Made by a program: the position numbers and the translations under genes
Shown: piece after piece, positions 1 to 10,000 of the stretch
Numbering within the stretch: the stretch's first letter is position 1
How the letters are laid out: each line of letters opens with the position of its first letter
Assembly: GCA_905329745.1 (NCBI GenBank)
Contig: CAJNSZ010000152.1
Location: forward strand, 138,157-152,207
Length of the DNA: 14,051 nt
Source: Rotaria sp.
Taxonomy: Eukaryota
Reading direction: 5' to 3'
The notes under the pieces: model-generated
What the model saw: only the letters and a program-made list of their open reading frames with translations
The model's database searches: none
Told to the model about the DNA's origin: nothing

Positions 1-968
1 TCATGAAAGATGTGAGAGGCTCCTATATTTTTCAAGGTTCAATATCTCGTGAAGAAAACACGTCTTTTAGCTGGAATTTTCAGAGCACTCTAGTTACAAG
101 TAGACCTATACGTAGACGAAATTTCAGTTCGAAATATCGTCATTCGATTTGTTAGCGTATACTATGCTATAGGCGAAAATTCCAGTAAAATGGCTATAAC
201 TCTGAACGAAAGGCCTATGGGCCCTTATCTTTTTGGGGTTTTTCGTATCTTACTGGGATCTACCTTATGCACAGAGTTCGAACTCAAAACCGATTAATCA
301 CTTCGGATACCTCCCTCGTTAGATAAAAAGAGAAAATGATCTATTGAACGCTTCAAATGTATTTTTCTTGAAATAGATAACATTTTTTAAATAAAAATAA
401 TAATGATACATCAAAATAGTACTATATAGAAATAATTAGTAAGAACAAGAAGAAAAGTTATATTCGTTTGAAAATTTTGGGCAGTATTCTTAAAATTAAA
501 TTTCTAAATTTTAAAACATTGTAACTTTATTTTCAATGTTATTTAGAATGAAGTTCGATTTTTAAAGCAATATAAAATGAAATATTTGTACTTTGAGAAC
601 ATCTGAAATCTCATTGTTGACTTTCTAGTACTTATGAATTACATAAAAACGATAACTCTCCATCAATGTCATATAATCAATATCTCATTATTCTTGTTTA
701 TTGAATACACATCTGGTATAGATTATGAAGTGACAATAATTCGAAGGTCATTCTTTGTCCTTGATTATTTTCTTATGTCTACTATACTTAGTTGCTATAT
801 AAAGGTGAACCTTGAAAATATATCAAACTTTTCTCAAACACAAAAGTTTTCCATTGAATTACAATATATATTTGTGTGATATTATCAAAAATAAAATAAT
901 CAGAAGGCTAAAATATATATAATTTTTTTAATGTAATTACATTCTAGATAATAAAATATCTTTAGTTT

Positions 969-2161
969 TTATCGACATTTAACAAAAATTAACCATATAA
1001 TTATTATACTTATAATACTTGTTAATATTAATTTATAATATAGAACTAAAATTCTTATGAATGAAAAATTCCATGGATATATATTTTCATATGTATAACG
1101 AAATTTTTCACTTAATCTATTAATATCACCCGTTATTTCTAAAGCAATATTTTGTGCTCGTCCTTGAAAAATAATTTCTTCATAATAACCATGTTGAATA
1201 AATGTATCATTACTATCTTTATTCAATGTTATATTATAAATTAATTTTGATAATCGAACATCAAAATGAATATTTTTTGTAAGAAATTCTTTTACATATT
1301 TAACCATTTGATCATCACGTGGTCCATATAACATAGCACCATATATATTTTCTAATTCATTACAATAAGTACTTATATGAAGTTTATATTGAAATAAAAC
1401 ATCATAAACATTAAATGAAAGTTGATTTGTATTAGAATTAATAGATAAATCATGAATAATCGATTGTAAATAAGTATTAAAACGATAAAATTCATTATTA
1501 TATTCAAAAACAATAAGAAATCCAGCAAATTCCATATTAAAATACCATGGAATAAGTGCTAATGAAAAAAATAAACTAGCTGATGTTGATGAAAGATTTT
1601 CCCATTGATTAGCTTGACCCCATATCCATATTGATGGAAATGAATGTCCCCAATCTTTTTCTATATAACCAATACCAGATATAATTTTTTTTTCATTTTC
1701 ATTTATTTGAATTGAACCATGAATATAATGTTTCATACTAAGAACATGATGATAACATTGCATTGTTGGTATCCATGAATAAGGACCCATTGTTCCTGGT
1801 AATATCGATAATATATCAGGTATATGTATATGTGATGATAATGTTAAATTCATTTGAAAACTTTCTGTTGCATCATCATTATTATTATTATTTGGTTGAA
1901 CATTAATAATAAGTTTATCATATGAAAATATATTTTTTTTATTATCAATTGTTACTTGAAATTCATCAAATGATGATGTAAATGTTTCAAATGGAAAACG
2001 ATAATAATGTGAAATATTATCATAAGCAATCATAATAAATGAATGTCGTTTATTATTATTCATATGTACACCAGGAATAATAATAAATGTATTATTATAT
2101 TCGTTTGAAACTATTTTATAATACCATCCTTCAAAAAATATTCCATTTTGAATGTAATGAC
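969..2161 (-). CDS. Tocopherol cyclase-like gene, exon 2 (main domain and C-terminal hydrophobic segment)
   Basis: Acceptor ..TTTTGTTTTTAG|GTCATTACATTC. The residues MFFFEILFL at the start of ORF 969..2189 are best explained as translated intron. Motifs FFEGWYYK and IEKDWGHSFPSIWIWGQANQW lie in this exon. Confidence 0.88.
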
Positions 2162-2344
2162 CTAAAAACAAAATTTCAAAAAAAAACAAAATAACATTCT
2201 TTCTAGTTATTACGAAAATAATTTTTTTTCTTTACCATGGTAACGATCCGGATGAAAGACAAGTTTTATAGATTTATAATTAACAAGTAAATAGACGAAT
2301 GCAAAAAAGATACACACAATGGTTACAACTCGTGATGCAAACAT
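969..2344 (-). CDS. Tocopherol cyclase-like (VTE1-like) protein, two exons (2344..2236 join 2161..969), 433 aa, apparently complete
   Basis: Joined product begins MFASRVVTIVCIFFAFVYLLVNYKSIKLVFHPDRYHGHYIQNGIFFEGWYYKIV and contains GYIEKDWGHSFPSIWIWGQANQW. These resemble the family motifs xPxxYHG...FFEGWYFK and AEKNWG..FP..W.W.QxNxF of tocopherol cyclase-like proteins. Exon sum 109+1193=1302 nt, divisible by 3, stop included. Upstream in-frame TAG on the minus strand precedes the ATG. Confidence 0.85.
2236..2344 (-). CDS. Tocopherol cyclase-like gene, exon 1 (MFASRVVTIVCIFFAFVYLLVNYKSIKLVFHPDRYHG)
   Basis: Absent from the ORF track (below length). Donor ..TACCATG|GTAAAG; phase 1 matches exon 2 (g|gt = Gly). 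Gives a hydrophobic N-terminus and completes the HPDRYHG motif next to FFEGWYYK. Confidence 0.82.
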
Positions 2345-3185
2345 GTGCGATTTTAATGCAAAAATCGACAGATAAAAAAAATAAAAGTAAAAAAATAACT
2401 ACAGGTAAATTTATACTGAAGAATATATTCTTTTTCGAATATTATAGCCCATAGTGTTCTTTATATTTATATCTTTTTCTTCTCAGTTAAATATATATGT
2501 GTTATTCAATGGTTAAATTATATGGAATATAATATTCAAAACTGATGATTTGTGTTTTTTTCTACAAATCGACATTATATTATACAAGATTTATGGTAGA
2601 GTACTGCACAATTACAACTTCTCTTACACGTATCCAGGTGCGAGCATTCGACCTATATGGGCTATATTACTGTGATACATCGCTGGTAGTTTAATAGAAC
2701 AATCAATCAACTATGTGAGTAAGAATATTGCTATTAAACAGCAGCATTAAAAATATATACATTCATCACAAGAACTCCCGCTACTGATTATAACGTACAT
2801 AAATTTCAATCATTTTGCCTCATATTTTGATTATTAATAGAGTTCGGTAAGCTCTGATCGCAAGCAGCAATTCAAATTTGATAGAGACTGATGCAAAGGA
2901 TTTACGATAAAAATATTTTTTTTTTCCTCGGGTCGAAAAAAAAGACTTTTCTAATTTTTCACTATTAAATGTATGAACCTCTATTTTCTTCCTAAAAGAT
3001 AACGATTCAAATGTCTATACTAAGTCACAGATAGGATTCTTCAATCTTATATAATCTTGATATGCGAGAAAGTCTTCATTGTTTGGAACAGTTTCAGCAT
3101 GGATTTCTTGTCCATCGATGACTTCAATCATAAAGTTTTGAGAAAAAACTTTCTTTAATTTAAAGTAACATGACAAATGAGCCCC

Positions 3186-4282
3186 TGACACTTGAGGCTA
3201 ATATAAAAAACAACTTAAAGAAATACAAGAAACTAGTTTATTTGAATAAATCGCCATTCATATTAAAAGTTAAATAGAACTCTTGTTCATTTAAGGGCAC
3301 ATTCCTTCTTTTGTCACCCGAAGTTTTTGTTCTGTGACTACTGTTTATTCTGAAGTAATATCTATCTATACTAAGCATTTTTTGGGATCTAGAAGCTGTA
3401 TTTAATGTTAAACTCCACATTGTCTCACTACAGCGTAGAAATGTTCTAGTATCTTCGGTCAAGTATGTCCAATAGAGCTGAAACTTTTTTTGATACATAC
3501 TATACACTATTTTAGATAAGTTTTATTCTTTTTTGTTTGAAAAACTGTTATTCTGCTGATTTTTGATAGCATTTGCAGAAATGCTCTATTTAAAACAATA
3601 TGCGTTTTTTAGAGAACCTTTGATACTTTGACTTTTTCTTATTCGAAGGGCAAAAAATAGAAAAAAAATGCCTACAACCAAGTAGTGTCTAATGCGTGTA
3701 AAAAGTTTTCAGTTCGATCGAACGTACTGTTTCAGAAAAACAAAGGCAAACACTGGCTCAGTGGAGATCCCAGTATCTTATAGAATACAGCATCGAAAAA
3801 CTTTGAGTTTTGCTCTATTCGTGAAGATCTGCTTGTCCTCAAAAGTTTCTGACGGTCTTGTTCTCCAGAAAATCCGATAAAAGTCAGGGTAAGTACCTTT
3901 AAAGTATAAGTCTCTTGTTATGAAATGAAAGAGTCGAAATTATTTATTGTAATTTTTCATCAAGAAGTTCATATTCGTCTTACTCTTCTGAAAATTGACA
4001 TCAAGTTATTAAAGTACAATTAATTTCTAATGAATTTTCTTCGAAAATGGAACAACATGCGAACTTAATAATAATTGCAAGTCGAAATTGTAGAATCAAA
4101 GAAACATGTTAAATATGAACTTCTTGATGAAAAATGTGAAATTTTCATTTGATAACCAAGAGACTTATATTTGAGACAAGCAAGAGTTCTATTTAATTTT
4201 TTAATGTGAATATGAACTTATTCAAATAAAACTATTTTCTTATATTTCTTTAACTTGTTCTTTATGCCAGGCTCAACTGTCA
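3186..4282. repeat. Foldback / inverted-repeat element: arms 3186..3285 plus 3905..3974 (left) and 4113..4169 plus 4181..4282 (right)
   Basis: Reverse complement of 4181..4282 (tgacagttgagcctggcataaagaacaagttaaagaaatataagaaaatagtttatttgaataa...ttaaatagaactcttg) aligns with 3186..3285. Reverse complement of 4113..4169 (tataagtctcttggttatcaaatgaaa...ttttcatcaagaagttcatat) aligns with 3905..3974. Confidence 0.85.
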
Positions 4283-5700
4283 CTGTAACGAAAATCGGCC
4301 AGTGAATTATTGATTTCGAACAAATCCAGTACATAAATGAAGTAAATAGGTCACATAGGCCATTCATCTAGTTATCTGTTTTTTTTTGTTTCCAAAGACA
4401 TTTAACTTGCTATCCTAGTCATTGACTGGTCTGTTATTCATAAATAAAATCACAATTCATTTCAATCAATCAATCACATGAGACAATTTCTCTGAACCAA
4501 AGTAAATAAAAAGAAGAAAAAAAATAATCCTAATTACTTTACATAAAAATTATTCATAGAAAAGTAAACAATCATAAAAACATATTGTTTTTCATGCGCA
4601 ATTATAAACATTACTCAGCAATACATAAAGTAAAAAAATAACAAACTATATTTAACAACAGAATAAGATAGGACAGGTACCAATGAAAATTAATATTTAT
4701 GTTCGTATTGACACAAAGTAGGAATAGAATTAGAGATAGAGAAAATTATTGATGTTGATACAGTTGTTGATGACAGAGACAAATTATTAAATAAACTTTT
4801 TGTTAACACGAATAGACAAATTTGTCGTTTTTTTTTCTTGTTTCGATTTGATTTGTACACTTACTCGTTTTTCATTGCAGAAATGTATGAGCCAATAAAC
4901 AAAAAAATTAAGTTTTTCGAAAAGAGAAGCTTTACAATGATAATATGCGGCATCTCTTGAGAATTAAGTATTCTATTAAACCTAGAGGTACTGTAGTCAT
5001 TTTCAGTTCATGAAACAAAGGTAGAAGAAGTAAGCCAAAAGAAAGAAATGCAGGGTTGACTATCGTAGATCAACATACAATGGAATCAAGGATTGACCAA
5101 ACCCTAAGATATGGGGTTCTGAACAATGAACTAGAGCTCGAGTTCAGTACATATTTAACTTCAAGTCCAACATAAAAATTGAAATTATTAAATATCAGTC
5201 TTTTTAACTCGACAAACGATATAGAGAAACATAATTGTGAGTGTAGTCTGTGAGAAAATAAACGATGTAGTCTGGCATATACACACTCACTCGAAATTTG
5301 ATATTGAAAATAGATATTAATAGTGCAAATAAACGTGCAATAAGACAACTTATAGATGAGGAGTGTTGGATGTGGCATCCCCTTGCCTCCAGTACTGACG
5401 AGAGAGTGTCCTTAAGTATGAATCACCAATCGAGTATTTCACCCATAAGTAAGCTCTAATGAAACTAGTAGATGCATACAAAGACTTGTTTTCAAATCCT
5501 ATCGTTCCCAAGTTATTAGAATTTTACTGAATTTTTTTTCTCTAATAAGGTATTAGTGGAAAAAAAATCGAATTATGAAAGTTCAATTTGAAATTTTACC
5601 TATAGGTAAATCTCGTGAACACTAAAATGAGCTCCATGCATAAGATAGAGTTCAGCGACATATGAAAAGGATTAGTCTTCTTCGACCTTCTGCGCAGAGT

Positions 5701-5757
5701 TATAGACATTTTACTAGAATGTCAATCTCTGACATGGTATATATCAACAAATCGAAT
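5701..5757 (+). repeat. Diverged dispersed repeat, copy A
   Basis: tatagacattttactagaatgtcaatctctgacatggtatatatcaacaaatcgaat aligns gap-free to 7781..7837 with about 46/57 identities by hand count. Confidence 0.65.
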
Positions 5758-6383
5758 TCTCACAGGCAGATGCTCTGAGAATTTCAGCTGAAAAGAATAT
5801 TTTCTTCCGGAGATATTACACTTTCAAAAGAAAGAAAAAATTCCAACATCTTTTATCGAATATATTGATAAATAGATCTGTCTGTAGAAAAAAAATCTCA
5901 GGTCGAAATAGCCTTATTCGATTTTTTCACTAATTCCATAACAGAGACAAAAAAGTTCAATAAAATTGTAATAATTTATGAAAGATAACACATATGAATG
6001 AATCCTCCCAAACTTCTACTAGCCTCATCGAAACCTACTTATGGTCAAAATAATAGTTCGATTAACAAGTAACACATAGTAATGTTTCGTTTTGTGTTAT
6101 GCGTCTAAACTCAAGTGACATCTATCAGTATCGCTTTTTATAATGCGACAAAATATTTAACCATCAATTTTCGAGTAAATGATTCATCTTGGCGACGTTC
6201 TACGAAGAAAGAAAAAAAACTTTGTGTTGATGATCACGATCGAAGAAAGAAAATCCTACGCACATATTTATTCATTTCAGATTGTATTTGTCATACGAGT
6301 CAGTACATCGTACACAAAAAAACATATTACAATACATGTTATTAGTGTGATTGTGTGTTTAAAAACAACTTTTGTTTTTTTAT

Positions 6384-6398
6384 TTTTTTAATTTATAG
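6384..6398 (+). promoter_or_regulatory. 3' splice acceptor immediately adjacent to the start codon
   Basis: Pyrimidine/T-rich tract ...tttttttaatttatag directly followed by ATG at 6399, with the same style as all verified acceptors in this gene. Confidence 0.55.
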
Positions 6399-7023
6399 AT
6401 GAACGGTTTCAATCGTGTACGTTCAACATTACGTCGTACATTTTTTTCATCGAATGGAGCTGATGCAAGTCCAAATACAACACGACGTGAAGATTTTCCA
6501 ATATTAAGTCATCATTTATCATCATATGAACGTTTTGATTTATCAACAGGTAGTCAAGGAGCATCAACAACATCTTTACAAAATATAAATTCAAATAATA
6601 ATTCATCATCATCACATGCACCTATTATTGAAACAACTAGTGATGGTGTGGAATTTTTACCAAACAATTCTAAACGTACATTACGTACAATACCAGGTGT
6701 ATTTTGTCCAATTGCTTTATCTATGTTTTCAATATCATTATTTATGCGTGTGGGTTTTGTTGTTGCACATGCTGGAATTTTACAAACATTATTACAATTT
6801 GGTCTCTGTTTTATTATACTTTTTAGTACATTATTAAGTGTTTGTTCATTAGCAACAAATGGAGCTATTGAAGGTGGTGGTGTTTATCATATGATATCAC
6901 GAGCATTAGGACCTGAATTTGGTGGATCAATAGGTGTACTATTTTTTTTTGCTAATGTTATTGGTAATGGACAAAGTGTTGCAGCTCTTGTTGAAGCATT
7001 AGTTGATAGTTTTGGACCTGGAA
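6399..7023 (+). CDS. SLC12A9: SLC12A9-like exon 1 (Ser/Asn-rich N-terminus and first TM helices)
   Basis: ATG at 6399 after ttttttaatttatag; ends ..SFGPG-a|gtaaat. [20 protein letters not shown]... matches the family. Confidence 0.9.
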
Positions 7024-10000
7024 GTAAATTTAAAAAAAAAAAAAAAAATAAATCAACATATTAATTTTTTTGTTTTTAAGGTAAAGCAAACGCTTTTCAA
7101 GATACACATTGGTGGAGATTTTTATATGGAACAATAATTAATATAATTAGTCTTATAACATGTTTACTTGGTTCATCATTATTTTCAATGGCAACATTTT
7201 TTATATTTATTCTTGTTAGCTTTAGTTATCTTATGGTTGTTGTCTCATTTTTTGTTCAAAGCCCAAGAGCTGTTGTCATACCAAGAGTAAATACATATGC
7301 ATATGATCATCAATCATTTGAATTGAATAAAACCGATTTAATTTATGGACAATATACAGGTTTTAGTTCACTAACAATGCGTGAAAATACTTATGCAAAT
7401 TATACAATTGATTATACAACTGGTGATATGATGAATTTTGCTACGGTTTTTGGTGTACTCTTTTCGAGTATAACAGGTTTATTGGCTGGAGCAAATATGT
7501 CGGGTAAAAAAAAAAAAAATTTATTTCTATTTCTAGAAATTCAATATATGAAGTTAATTTTAATTCATGTTCGAAAAATGATCAGTTCGATTGGACCAAG
7601 TTAGATAGCGGGCCCGATGCTGTTCTATGGAAAACCAGAGTTTTCTTGAATACGATAAATTCAAATCGCATGGAAATTTCAGTGCTAGCTATATCATGAC
7701 GTTTTCAGAAGATATTCAACAATGGTCAAAAATATCTTTTATGACAATCGAAAATTCCTTTAGACCTTTTCTCTAGATTTTATAGGCATTTGACTAGAAT
7801 TTTAGTTTCTGGCGTAGTATATACCAATAAATCGAATGATGAATAGTTCTTTTCAGAGAAATTAAAGTCCCAAAAAACAGAAAATTCAAGCATGTTTCGT
7901 GATATATGATTGATTTTTGGGACTTTAATTTTTTAAGGATAGGGTGCCGGAAATCATTGAACATAGCTGGAGAAAACGGCATACACAACAGAAATTTATA
8001 TTGTTTGTTCAAGATCCGACTACGATGCTATCCTCGCATGCATTTATGTTTATTTCCGACGGAAATTGACTTTTTTTTTCATCGTTTATGTTTTTTGCAC
8101 TGATACTTAAGTAAAAAAATAATATTATCTTAGAATGAGACAAATCAAGAATGAATCAAGCTTTATCTATGTGTATTATGGCAAAGCAAAAATAAATACA
8201 TCGGTAAAATGAAACTAAATCTGTAACCTTATATGACTAGCAATTTTAATCATAACAAGTTGTTAAGAATTACATAAGAAAAACAATATATTTTATAAAG
8301 GCGATATGCTTTCTCATACATAGAATATAATCAAAAATTTTGTTTGAAAAATTAAATAAATCTATAGAACTTAAAATAAAATCAATTTTTTTTTTTTTTT
8401 TTTAAGGAGAATTAAAACGACCAAGTCGAAGTATTCCAACTGGTTCTGTATCTGCTCTATTTTTTGTATTTTTTATATTCATTACGGAAACATTACTTAT
8501 GGCTGCTACAACTGATCGGTTAGTGTAGAAATTAATTATAGTTTTTTTTTTTTGTTCGATTTATTCAATTTTTTTTATTTATTATTTTAGATTTACATTA
8601 ACTAACAATTATTTATTTTTACAAGATATTAATATTTGGGCACCATTTGTAATTATTGGCATGATAGCTGCAGTGTTTTCAGCATGTTTATCAGGACTTA
8701 TTGGTGCATCAAGAATATTAGAAGCATTAGCGATAGATGAAATTTTTGGTATGAAATTTTCTATACAATTTCAGTGTAACTTTTGTATGATTTTGAGAGT
8801 TTTTTTTATCAATTACCTGCATGTATAGAGGTATAAACCGATCAGCTGAGTCGTTGGTCATTGATCAATGTACTCACTCATTTATCTATTCATATCGATG
8901 ATGTTTTAAATAATTTTTAGGATTATAAGCAAATGTAATGTCTGATCAGATCATTCCGATAGAGTACTGTCTTTCTTTTTATCTACTGAACCGATAAAAT
9001 CAATACGTAAGCATAAATAGATTAGAAGAACTATAACATTTGTTAGATTTCAATGAAAACACCGAAAAATAAAGTAATGTATCTAGTTTTATATCATTGA
9101 AGATATCTGATAGATTAAAGAAATAACTTCTATTTCTCGATAATTTGTATATGATCTGAATGTATGAACTAAATATTTAAATCATATAATATTTATTTAG
9201 GACCAGTACTCAGTTGGATTCGAGGTGGAACAACTCGACATGGTAATCCATGGGCGGCTGTAATATTTACATTTGTACTTGTACAGGTAAGTTTGATTTA
9301 AAACAAAAATCCTTTTTTTGTTTTTGTGTACTCAAAAAGTGAGTACACTCTAGAATCGGTTCGTATGTCCGGCCGTTTACACGATTACTTTCGAAAGGAG
9401 AGTCAGATCATGATGAAATTTTCTACACAGTTCAGTCTTAACAATGTCTCGATCGAGTTCGAAGATGAGAAGGATCCGTCACGAAATGGCTGAGTTATCG
9501 AAAAAATTGTCATTATTGACCAGACCATCCCTGAGGGGGGGGGGGAGGTACAGGGATTTTTTCAAAAAAAAATATTTTTCTCAAAATTCTTCACAACATA
9601 TATATATCGATTCAGTTCTTGACGGTGATTCCGAATCTGATATTGGTTTTGAACCAAATTGTAGCTTTCTAACAGAACATCGCCTGAAAAAGGTCTCAAA
9701 ATGCAGAAAAACTGCATGCAGAAACCAAATTGCCTAGATGTGTCTCAGATGACCAGTAGTTTTGGGGTTTCCCAAATGCCTGATTTTGTAGCTAGCAAAA
9801 GGACTATCGAATGGTAAAAACCCTAATTCGATAGCTATTAATATTGGTGATCTATTAGGAAAATAGTGATGCCTGTATCTATTATATATCTCTTATAGAT
9901 TGATGAGGTTGCTTACGATAGTAATCCTGGTAGATACAAACGCAAATCCATTCAAAAATAACTGTTCTTACCCAGTTTTCCAAGCTAAACACGAATCTGA

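Noticed and set aside
634-879. Plus-strand ORF, 81 aa
   Set aside because: AT-rich, no recognisable motif, no splice-compatible neighbours; likely chance.
3238-3507. Minus-strand ORF, 89 aa
   Set aside because: Starts within an inverted-repeat arm and extends into the inserted segment; no recognisable family.
3692-3880. Plus-strand ORF, 62 aa
   Set aside because: Short, inside the interrupted foldback; no family resemblance.
5070-5378. Minus-strand ORF, 102 aa
   Set aside because: Poly-Ser/low-complexity composition, no motif or exon partners; not supported as a gene.
6115-6391. Two overlapping plus-strand ORFs just upstream of exon 1 (6115..6345, 6179..6391)
   Set aside because: Cys/Ile/Lys-rich chance ORFs in the probable 5' flank/UTR; not in frame with a conserved N-terminus.
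6409-6837. ORFs 6409..6621 (minus) and 6616..6837 (plus, other frame)
   Set aside because: Antisense and out-of-frame readings of the well supported SLC12A9-like exon 1.
7794-8103. Overlapping opposite-strand ORFs 7794..8012 and 7906..8103
   Set aside because: Arise over the intronic hairpin/repeat region; no recognisable product.
9444-9737. Plus-strand ORF, 97 aa, as an independent gene
   Set aside because: Lies in intron 5 and contains a G11 run and poly-A/lysine tract; at most a decayed mobile-element fragment.
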